Shown one piece after another: positions 12,241 to 22,760 of a DNA stretch of 64,000 nt (the stretch's first letter is position 1; each line of letters starts with the position of its first letter). A program made the position numbers and the translations under genes. The stretch comes from Balanoglossus misakiensis (lineage: Eukaryota; Animalia; Hemichordata): NCBI GenBank assembly GCA_040954595.2, contig CM082580.2:2160783-2224782 (forward strand), read 5' to 3'. Below the pieces are notes generated by a model that was not told where the DNA came from, searched no databases, and saw only the letters and a program-made list of their open reading frames with translations.

Positions 12241-14769
12241 AGAGCCTATCTTACCTCGAAACACACTTTTGAGGATAAATAATAATTGGGCTTGTGTGTT
12301 AAATGCTGGTGTCCTTTTACTTATTTCATATGGATAAATAAATGTTAAATTTAAAAATGTTCAGGGCCTGAGAAAAAAGTTCTGTTTTGGCCACGCCCAT
12401 TTCCGTGACGTCACAAGAGGAACCCATTTACGTTTGCAACAGACTTAGCACTGTACATTGCAGTGGTTGAATTGCAACCATACATGCCTGTGATGTAAAC
12501 GGCTTTGCTGTGTCAGCCTGGGTACAACTCTGTATCCCCCGTACCCTTCAAAATAAACGTACATATGTCTACCTTATCATCTAGGGGAGATGCGATTATG
12601 AAAAAAAAAACTCGGCCCGGTTAGGCTACGGCTTCGCATTGCAAGCAGTACACAACATGCAATGGCAGCGGATGTGTATAGGCACCTTACACATACAATG
12701 ATTGCTGCCTCGATTAAACCGTCGAATATTGCCCAGAGGTTTAGGTCTAGAGTGTTGGGACTAAATCTACTTATCTTGGACAATGTCAACTTATTGATAA
12801 CTGATAGTGGTCTTTTTGGCGATTTTCAATGGCTGCCTTAACAGACAAAATACGCGTGTGTTATTGTACAAGGTCAAGGGAACTCCATCAGCGCCGATCG
12901 GCAGCGATGACACATATCGCGCCGCGATGTATATTTACTACCAGCACTAACATTCTGTCTTTTGAATTACATGTAAGCTATGCCTTTTTGGTGATGACAA
13001 ACAGAAACATTTATGACTTGTCGCTGTAATCATGGAAGTTCCTTGACATGCTTCATACTGCATTATAACAAAATGAAACCATACAACCAACAGCAACAGG
13101 CGATCATGCCAGGCCGACCCACTCACGCTCACAAAGCATGAAACATTTTCATTGATACACACGAATATCTAAGTTTGGAAAGTTTTCACTCACACGAGGC
13201 AAAATTTTTTCAACACATTTTGTTTTAAAATTTGTACAGTGTGTTTTGGAGCCGATGAGTCGGACATAGCGCGACGTAAAACTTGTAAACAAAGAAATTA
13301 GAAAAGAAAGATGGCGACCGTTCAGCCGAAGCCATACAAAGGTACGACTGAAAAAAAAACGTGAAATAGTAACGGTAATATTTTGAACGTTCAAGTTTTT
13401 ACATCGATTGCTGTCAACCTTAATTATCGTAGTTTGCGGTCACTGGGTACCGGTTAGCCAGACGGAAGCGTGAATAATAATAAACAATCTCAACATGATG
13501 TCGGCCAACGCAAAATTGTGCTTACGCATCCTGCCAGTTCACCTACTACTACTTGTCTACAGTACTGTGTAAATCGCGGTCGCTGGAACATTGTATGAAC
13601 ACCAATACCGGGTATAAACGATCTGTTGGTCGACCTCTCCTGCTGACAGGCTTCTATTTTCCTGTATGGGTGGGGATTGTCTTCTCGTGATTCGAACCTG
13701 GCCGATTATCGTTCAACGGTCATGCATTGACAGTTACCGCCACGACCGACACCGGCGCCGCGCCGGCTTCATATCCACCGTTAGTCTCGGTTACCCAGAG
13801 CCCTCTGCTTCTTCCGTTAGGCACTCCAGAAAGAGGGTCTGGGATCACTGCACGTTAAATTTTCCGCGAACCGGAAGCGTCTTTTAGTAATCGAGCGATG
13901 CACCCTGGATCCAATAACAAATCGTAGGGAATAGAGGAATGAATCGTGTTGTCGTTGTTTATGATGATAAAAACATTTTTAAAAAATTAATGTGTCATTT
14001 CCTGCTACCGTAAACGTGGAAAACACGGCCTAGGTCGCCCGACGTCACTCGTGGAAAACATGACCTAGGTCGGCCAACGTCTACGAGTGACGTTGGGCGA
14101 CCTAGGCCGTGTTTTCCACGTTTACGGTAGCAGGAAATGACACATTAATTTTTTAAAAATGTTTTTATCATCATAAACAACGACAACACGATTCATTCCT
14201 CTATTCCCTACGATTTGTTATTGGATCCAGGGTGCATCGCTCGATTACTAAAAGACGCTTCCGGTTCGCGGAAAATTTAACGTGCAGTGATCCCAGACTC
14301 TCTTTCTCGCACAGCGCCCTCTAGAGACGAGAGAAAGAGTAAGAGAGTCTGGGTAACCGAGACTAATCCACCGTACGATGTTGATGATCGTGGCATAGAC
14401 TCTCATTCGTTTTTGTGGAACTCACACGGGTGACTCCCGTCTAGGTAATGTGTTGCTGCAACAAACAACTCCCTTTCCCATAGTGGTATTACACAGAAAA
14501 GCACGAAAACACCGTATGACACCTGTGAGCATCGCTAAAGCTGGTCTACCTGACCGGTTCCTCTTGTGACGTCACGTCACGTGACCAAAATGCAGCATAT
14601 CTGAACTCGGACTTTTCAGGACGGGGTGGATTTTGAAGCATTTTATGAGAACAAGACAAATATTATAGAAATCGATACCCGAAAAATATTGTCACTTTTG
14701 GAAAATAGTACATTTCTTTTGAACATTTTTTAACCTTCTGATAAGATTTAAAAAGGCAAGATATCCTCT
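12241..14769. mobile_element. Non-autonomous Kolobok-type DNA transposon
   Basis: TTAA TSD at 12237-12240 and 14770-14773. Imperfect TIR AGAGCCTATCTTACCT / AGGCAAGATATCCTCT. Internal inverted GTGACGTCACAAGAGGAACC near 12405 and 14556. Removal restores the frame YWRHPLKPGNESPGKRPG. Confidence 0.85.
13782..14365. mobile_element. Palindromic non-autonomous AcademH-type MITE
   Basis: Ends TAGTCTCGGTTACCCAGA...TCTGGGTAACCGAGACTA, ~220-bp inner inverted arms and a perfect 9-bp TSD ATCCACCGT (13773-13781, 14366-14374). Confidence 0.85.
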
Positions 14770-17700
14770 TTAAGCCAGGTAATGAGTCACCAGGTAAGAG
14801 GCCAGGGGTAAAGAGAAAACTGGATCCCATGAATCAATTACTGTTAACATTAGTCAGACTTAGATTAGGCATTTTAAATACTGACTTGTCCTATAGATTT
14901 GGTATTGCACGAAGCTCAGTGTCCAAAATTGTGACAACATGGATTCAGTTCCTTTTTCAACACTTTTCTATCTTAAGACCCTTAATGTTTCCAACCAGGG
15001 ATATTATTGCAAGGAATCTGCCAGCATGTTTCAAGCCTTTTAAAGGGATTCGAGTTGTATTGGATTGTTCTGAGCAGGGTAATCTATATTCGTCATACAA
15101 GAGTCACACAACATACAAAGTTTTATTTGGAATCTCTCCGAGTGGTGCGTTAATTTTCACATCTGATGCATATGAAGGGTCAATATCAGATGTTGATATT
15201 GTGGAACGATCTGGTCTGCTTGAAAAATTAGACAGGGGGGATCTTGTGCTTGCTGATCGGGGGTTCACTAAGAAATACTAGCAGAAAGGGGCGTTGACCT
15301 GAATATCCCTCCCTTTTTAAATGGAAGAGAGAAATTGACACCAGATGAAGAAATCAAAACAAAACAAATTGCAAGAGTGCGTATCCATGTGGAAAGAAGT
15401 ATAGAGAGAGTGAAAAGGTTCAGACTACTCAGAAAGGTGATCCCACTATCTTTACAACCAGTGTTCTCGCAAATGGTATTTGTAGCAGGCTGCCTAGTAA
15501 ACTTTCAAGAGCCTTTAGTGAAGTAGGCATTTATGTACCTTGTCTGTATAATTTTTGCGGCTTCTCATGAATGATTCCAATTATTTTGGGGTGTGTGACC
15601 ATTGATGTGAGAAATTATGGAATTTTAACCAAACAGCCCTTTTCAGGGCTACCAAACAAACGGCCCTTTTCAGGGCCATTGTGTCCTCTAAAAGAGGACC
15701 ATCATTTCGGATTTGATATAGGTAGTACATGTGTACACATACTCGCATATTTTTCCTGTACCAAGAAATAATGGTATCACCCTTGAGAAACCACGATGAT
15801 TATACAGTCCACCCAATCCTTTGTGTCTTGCATGCTTTACAATCTCAGTCACATCCATAGATATGTCAATCATTAAAACTCTTTTTATTGACAGACAACC
15901 ATGAGAATCAATCAGTATGCAATTGTAAATATAAATTGATTTTTGAATGTAAATATCCTGTGACATGGATTTTAATATTAACTGATACATGGAAAAAGTT
16001 CATGTTTCTTAGAAATTTATTAATATTAAATTGATTTTTTTTTAAATGACTGTAATTTTAACTGTAATTTATGTATATAATAAATTTTAAATATTAAATG
16101 CATAGTTTAAATTCATGAATAATTATATATTGAGAGCTATTTAACAATGAATAAAATATTTTACAGCAATTCCATCACATATACGTTCGTAAAAGAAAGT
16201 GATTATGTCTTCATAGCATATTATGTCTTCATAGCATATCAGCAGTGAGTCATTTTATGTCAACAATTTCATAATTGGCAGTCTCCTTGGGAGTCTCATT
16301 TCAAAATACTCTGCGCACAAGAAGTTTTGATGAAATGTTATCAACACAGGAACCATCTCAGCAAACAGACTTGCATGGAAACAAATCTTCTGACAAAACA
16401 TTCCGTTCGGACTCCACACAACAAAGTAACACCACTGTCCACTGAATCTGATAATAGTAAGAATGTTTTTTTTTCAAAGTACATTGACCATCAATGACAG
16501 AAAGACAGAATGCAGCTTTTTTGCTTTTGATTTAAAACACTGGCAAAATCACATGGTGCAACAGCCGGATGGATATAGGACACTTAATTTCTGTGCAAAT
16601 CTGTGTCATACAAGACAGCGTCAGGAGATGCACCCAGACCAGGATACTTCCCATTCACCCACAGACCACAATTTTCAACTTTCAGATTTCTAAAGCGCGT
16701 TACAAACTCTCGTCGTGCAGCAGCTTCATGTTTTTGCCCATAAACCATTGCAGCTGTTTTTGGAGGTTTATCCCACAGTTGTAACTTAACAAGGCTTTCT
16801 CGTCTCTTGTCAGAGGATGCACAATAGATGGCCCTAGCATTTGAAGCTGTTGCACGGAGATATCGCTCAGCTTGCCAGTGCTCATCATTCTGATACTTCG
16901 TTAATTCTGTTTGACCTTGTATATCTGGTGTAAGATGTTGTACCAAATTATCAACCTTCGTCTTTAAAACATTTATCTCATCAGGGGACAACTGATAATC
17001 ATCATATTTTATGAAAAGAAGGGTCTCCCACATACACACTGACTGTGAGCTCTCTGACTTACTGGTTTGTAATGTGCTTACAAAATTATTAATTTCCTCA
17101 GTGGTAAATTCAGTTTTACTTAAAGATACAGGTCGGGGATCAAACTCTATTATTGAAGAGACTGGTTTTCGTTTTGATTTGTATTTTGTTTCAGTTATAC
17201 ACATGGGATTTTTTTTTAGTTTCCGTCCCATGTTCCAGGTACAAGGTTTGCTTGTACACGGTTCATTTGTATCAGGGGCATCATTATTGGAAAGACAATC
17301 ATTAACAGCATATAAAACAGCAGCAATATGACTGCAACGACCAAGAGCTGATGATTTACATTCACAGCTTGCATCACGTACAAAGCCAGTGGCACTTGAC
17401 AAAGTAACAGGTACAGAGTACAGAGTAGCTCATTTTCCTCATACTTGCCAAAACCTTGGCTTTAACAAAATAAAAATGATCTTTTCTGATGTCATACATT
17501 TGGATGACATTGCCACTATCAAAAAACTGCTTGCCACGTATGAGAGGCTTCACTGCCTGATAGTCTGTGTCCTCATCTTCTCCTGTAACACCACAATCTG
17601 CAACTGATTAAATCAAAAGATGGTATATGTGACCGGAATTGAAATTAGAAGGAATTCCAGACTGGGGGAACTCTTTCCAACCCATTATTGGTGGATGAGG

Positions 17701-18482
17701 CACAGCAGGACCATTCGAGATGTCACATCGGAGTCTGGCTAGCTTAACATCATACCATTTGCCCCTGTAAACTGCTGGATCAATGGGTGATTTATCTACT
17801 AAAGCTTGCTCACGCCTGATGAAATAATAACAGTGAATCATTCTAATGAAAAGAAGAGTACACATGTACACATAAAAAGTACAATTTTAATATTTTTGTG
17901 CAAAATTTCATTTTGATTCAAACTTGGCAAGTCAATATTAGCCCCCCCCCCCTTCCCCAATCTAATGGTACCCCCTTACTAGATTGGAAAACGTTGTACA
18001 TCGTACGAGCTCAGATTTATATTCATATGGGCATTAAACATCGATTTTATATGAAATGGCCGTAACATGCTATCAATCAAGTACGTTAATCCACACGGAA
18101 AACGCTTTACCCACTCCCGAGCAGAACGGCGGCGCGAACTTTTAATTCGCCATGACCGCAACCACTGTACTGCAGCTGTGCTCAAAATCGACATCATTTG
18201 TTTGCTAATGAACGTCATGGCGCGGGTCACAAGATAAATTACGATCAAAATAACAGGATACAAATGAAAAGATCAACCAACGGGTTTAAACTCATAAAAT
18301 GAATTGTTTTATTACGACGCAAAATACTGCCGGCCAGCGGTGCAGTACACACGATGCGAAATATGCGCTTACCGCGAAACAAAACACGCAGACGTTTTTG
18401 ACTCACCTTGATATCAACACGTCTTTCCTACCGGATGTATGAAAGCCAGTTGGGGACATGTACATACGCAATAAATAAAAAA

Positions 18483-19035
18483 TTATCTCGAGATCTCGAG
18501 ATAATTCCATTCGTTTTCCTGACTTTTTATTTTTTTATCTCGAGATCTCGAGATAATTCCATTCGTTTTCCTGACTTTTTATTTTTTTTATCTCGAGATC
18601 TCGAGATAATTCAAGTTCGTTTTCCTGACTTTTTATTTTTTTATCTCGAGATCTCGAGATAATGCTATTCGTTTTCCCGACTTTTTATTTTTTTATCTCG
18701 AGATCTCGAGATAATTCCATTCGTTTTCCTGACTTTTTATTTTTTTATCTCGAGATCTCGAGATAATTCAAGTTCGTTTTCCTGACTTTTTATTTTTTTA
18801 TCTCGAGATCTCGAGAGAATGCTATTCATTTTCCCGACTTTTTATTTTTTTATCTCGAGATCTCGAGATAATTCCAATTCGTTTTCCTGACTTTTTATTT
18901 TTTTTATCTCGAGATCTCGAGATAATTCCAATTCGTTTTCCTGACTTTAATTTTTTTTATCTCGAGATCTCGAGATAATTCAAGTTCGTTTTTCCGACTT
19001 TTTATTTTTTTTATCTCGAGATCTCGAGATAATTC
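18483..19035. repeat. Subterminal ~48-50-bp tandem array (~12 units) with 22-bp palindrome TTATCTCGAGATCTCGAGATAA
   Basis: Directly visible; mirrored by ~5 inverted units at 20748-20980. Confidence 0.92.
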
Positions 19036-19426
19036 TCTCTAAAGAGGGCGGTGTGTTGGTAGGGAGACTGTCCAGAGAGGACCATGCATCGATATCGGTC
19101 CAGAGAGGGACATGCATCGATATCGGTACGGAGAATTGGCAAGCAAGCACTCAGTGTATTCAATGGTAGGAGTGATCGTCGGTTTCAGAGCTGCATGCTG
19201 CATCGTATCATCAGACTGAGTGCATGAGTCTTGGTAATTAGTTGACATTTCAACTTCGTAATATTTATAATTACTAGTTATACGTACTGGGACAAATTAC
19301 CGAAGTCTTGGCCTGAGATTACTTTCCAAGTTGGGAAGAAAACTGACTCAGTGGTAAAGTTACTAAACAATTGGTTTCAATATTATACTTTATTCATTAT
19401 CATTATACGATAATTCCTTTTATCTA

Positions 19427-19776
19427 ATGCGACAATTAACATTCCTCCTCTATCGAACAGATAACGTCACCATGGAAAGAGATGATATAATCCGTATCTA
19501 TTTCAACATGGGCTTCAACTACAGTGAAATCCTGGCTACTTTAGCTGTCAATCATAACGTTGTCATTAGTATGCGTCATCTTAAAAGATTACTGAAGAAA
19601 CTCGGACTTTTCAGACGGAAGTACCATTCAGACATCAATGAGGTAATAACATTTCTGGGTACTTCATCAAAGAAGTTGAAAGTCTGAAATCTTGCCCCCA
19701 AAACATGCGAGCGGATAGAGGCACAGAAAATGGACATGTTGAACAGTTCCAGGGGTTTCTAACAAATGATAAAAGC
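19427..19776 (+). pseudogene. IS3EU transposase fragment, left arm (N-terminus fused by deletion to the RADRGTEN segment)
   Basis: Near-identical N-terminus to the right-arm copy up to ~19657. A shifted frame then reads GYFIKEVESLKSCPQNMRADRGTENGHVEQFQGFLTNDKS. Confidence 0.8.
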
Positions 19777-19784
19777 AGTTGTCA

Positions 19785-20354
19785 TCATTTGTTAGAAACT
19801 TCTATAATCTTCGGATCACTGTTGGTGTGATAAGCTTGAGCCCAAATTACACGCCTGGAAAACCCGTCTATACACCCATTGATTGCTATTCCGTAAGGGG
19901 AAAGTTTGTCATACGAATCTAGGTGCCACATATAGTTCGGCTCAGGAGACCCATACTTGCGACGGCGTAGACGACGTCTCTTTCTTAATTCCACACCTAT
20001 GGGGTCAATGACCTGGAGTAACAACCGCACACTCTCCCTGTCGATAACCAATCCTCTCTGGACACACTTTAAATGCATCCACCGATAGCCGTGGAGTCTT
20101 CCAGATTTGTCAACCTCTTCTCTCAGAAATATTATTACCTCATTGATGTCTGAATGGTACTTTCGTCTGAAAAGTCCGAGTTTCTTCAGTAATCTTTTAA
20201 GATGACGCATACTAATGACAACGTTATGATTGACAGCTAAAGTAGCCAGGATTTCGCTGTAGTTGAAGCCCATGTTGAAATAGATACGGATTATATCATC
20301 TCTTTCCATGGTGACGTTATCTGTTCGATAGAGGAGGAATGTTAATTGTCGCAT
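19785..20354 (-). pseudogene. IS3EU integrase-like transposase fragment, right arm
   Basis: GYRWMH, RRRLRRRKY, WHLDSYDKL, INGCIDGFSRRVIW and TNSDPKII; truncated before the second catalytic Asp. Confidence 0.85.
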
Positions 20355-20747
20355 TAGATAAAAAAGGAATTATCGTATAATGATAATGAATAAAGTATAA
20401 TATTGAAACCAATTGTTTAGTAACTTTACCACTGAGTCAGTTTTCTTGCCAACTTGGAAAGTAATCTCAGGCCAAGACTTCGGTAATTTGTCCCAGTACG
20501 TATAACTAGTAATTATAAATATTACGAAGTTGAAATGTCAACTAATTACCAAGACTCATGCACTCAGTCTGATGATACGATGCAGCATGCAGCTCTGAAA
20601 CCGACGATCACTCCTACCATTTAATACACTGAGTGCTTGCTTGCCAAATCTCCGTACCGATATCGATGCATGTCCCTCTCTGGACCGATATCGATGCATG
20701 GTCCTCTCTGGACAGTCTCCCTACCAACACACCGCCCTCTTTAGAGA

Positions 20748-20980
20748 GAATTATCTCGAGATCTCGAGATAAAAAAAATAAAAAGTCGGAAAAACGAACT
20801 TGAATTATCTCGAGATCTCGAGATAAAAAAAATAAAAAGCCAGGAAAACGAATTGGAATTATCTCGAGATAAAAAAAATAAAAAGTCGGGAAAATGAATG
20901 GAATTATCTCGAGATCTCGAGATAAAAAAAATAAAAAGTCAGGAAAGCGAATGGAATTATCTCGAGATCTCGAGATAATT
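20748..20980. repeat. Inverted copy of the subterminal array (~5 units)
   Basis: ATCTCGAGATCTCGAGATAAAAAAAATAAAAAG units. Confidence 0.9.
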
Positions 20981-22086
20981 TTTTATTTATTGCGTATGTA
21001 CATGTCCCCAACTGGCTTTCATATGGATGTTTTTAGACCTCTACACTGTAACCATCTTCTCAGCTGATCTACGTTATGTTTACCCGGCGTTGAATAAATT
21101 AACGCAGCGCCAGGTACGTCGACTTCATCCAGGGTCACCGTTTTCGTTTGCTTTGAGAGCGCCATATTTACATGTCATGCATATGTCAATGAGGGTTTGT
21201 TTGTCCGAACTTTCTGGTTGGTGCACTAATTTGCATATCCATTAGAAAATGTGACGTCATTTGCGATCAACGCTATTACACTGTGCGCGATCGAGTGACT
21301 TCTTCACTGTACAACATTAAACAGTGCTCAAAATCCACATTTTCCGGGAACCAATTTTTAAAATATACACATTCAGGAACTAGAGAAAATACATCTCTTC
21401 AAGCAAAATCACGCACATTTAAATTGTATTTTAGATATTAAAGATTTCTTGTTGTGCATACCTCAGACACATTGACTGATAACAAGCCATCCCAACGTAA
21501 TCAACACAATAAAAAAATAAAATTCACGTACGATAACAATATTACATGAAAACTTACCTGGCTATGTTCGGTTTCTTCTTTCGCATTCTCACGCTCAAGA
21601 TTAAAAATTTCCTGCCACTGACTGGCCGAACTATCCCAGCTCATCAACAGAATATAATGTCATGTAACAGTATACCGAAAGAATAAATGGTATCAATCGG
21701 TAGATGGCGCACTTCGGTAATCCTCACCAGCAATGGTGCACGGTATAGTAAACAAATAATAAGATCGGACCAGCCACTGCTGTAAATAACGCACTTCTTT
21801 AATCTTCACACGGAAATACCTGTCTTCACTCCTCCTCACAACCCTGCCTTTGCTCCACCTCACAACTGTTATATACCCCACAACATTTACATATTCTACT
21901 TCTAACCACTTAAAAACCTCATTTTTCAATCGTCCAATCAGAACACAGACCCGGCCTAATCCCTCGGCATTCTGTATCAACCGTAAGGTAACCATGGTAT
22001 TTCATGTCAACCATGTTAGGATGGCGCGGAACTAGGGAGTCATTGCCATGGGTACATGCATTTCTTCTCATTTCTCCTCACTCAAA

Positions 22087-22192
22087 GGGTTAGGGCTAGG
22101 GTTCTTCCTCACTCCTAGGGCTAGGGTTCTTCCTCACTCCTAGGGCTAGGGTTAGGGTTTTTCCTCACTCCTAGGGCTAGGGTTAGGGTTCA
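22087..22192. repeat. Minisatellite with telomere-like TTAGGG/CTAGGG units
   Basis: TAGGGCTAGGGTT..TTCCTCACTCC repeated 3-4 times. Confidence 0.75.
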
Positions 22193-22760
22193 TCCTCCTT
22201 ACTTCTCCTCCAGGAATGAGAGTGCTACGGCTCCATATAATACTACTGCCGCAGTTTGGAAGTCGCAGGTCGCATGTCGTGACCGGATTTCAATAGTCAG
22301 GCCATATACTGCTTGGGCATTGATTTTGATGAGTTAACAACTGATTTCGGTACGTGACACGTATACGCACATTCTTATTTAAAACAGCGACGCATCACAT
22401 TCATAACACACAAACCATTGGTGGCGCTGTTACGTTGGCGCTACTGAAAAGTCGCTTTTAACAAAAACTTGAAAGCTGAGAGAGGGACAAGTTGGTCCTT
22501 GGATAAACTTTTTTACGAAAAGTCAGAACAATAAAACGCGACATCACGAGACTACCAGTGTCGAAGGAAATAGCTTTTGATAAATGGCCAAACTTACGTC
22601 CCACGTGACCTGCAGCCGTGCAAAGGTCATCAGTTCAGAGTGCCACAGTACAAACATGTTCCATTTTCTTCTGATAAGCTGGGACGGGGCATTGGCTGAT
22701 ATCTACAGCTGATATACATCGGTTTGCTTGACAATTTTCACCATAAAGCGTATCATCGCC

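Larger units (their letters stand above)
10897..15526 (+). pseudogene. THAP-domain DDE_Tnp_4-type transposase; exons 10897-11166, 11413-11532, 11865-12240 joined to 14774-15526
   Basis: THAP motif HCCYGVC..FPKP..W..C..ICSLHF, then FYTGL, HTH DLSYRFGIARSSVSKI, LDCSE, LADRGF and ARVRIHVERSIERVK. Frameshifts near 11470 and 15270, a deletion after LDC, and the Kolobok-type insert. Confidence 0.88.
18438..21023. mobile_element. IS3EU-type element, fold-back derivative with two copies of the same end
   Basis: Termini TATGAAAGCC...GGCTTTCATA, 6-bp TSD CGGATG/TGGATG and ~0.9-1.2 kb inverted arms. TAY..RTA ends, a 6-bp TSD and an integrase-like ORF fit IS3EU. Confidence 0.78.
16255..21165 (-). pseudogene. 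ISL2EU second gene: SAP + SWIM zinc finger + YqaJ/lambda-exonuclease-like nuclease; exon 1 is 21165-21024 joined to 18431-18407, exon 2 is ~17815-16255
   Basis: The rejoined exon 1 reads MALSK..NVDQLRRWLQCRGLKTSGRKDVLISR (SAP). Then SWIM CECKSSALGRCSHIAAVL and YqaJ motifs RATAS, YGQKHE, GLGASPD, EIKCP and WCYFVVW. Stop at 17608, frameshifts near 17420 and 16590. Confidence 0.85.
10701..21274. mobile_element. ISL2EU (PIF/Harbinger-related) transposon with nested insertions
   Basis: 12-bp TIR AGCGTTGATCGC (10701) / GCGATCAACGCT (21274), flanked by an AT TSD (10699-10700, 21275-21276). Convergent THAP-DDE transposase and SAP-SWIM-YqaJ genes are typical of ISL2EU. Confidence 0.85.

Noticed and set aside
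16255-17402. Phage or giant-virus insertion suggested by the YqaJ nuclease
   Set aside because: It lies within ISL2EU TIRs with an AT TSD, has a spliceosomal intron, and no viral structural genes are visible.
18483-19035. CRISPR-like array of regularly spaced palindromes
   Set aside because: The intervening sequences are near-identical rather than unique spacers. There are no cas genes, and the array is mirrored in the other TIR arm of a eukaryotic transposon.
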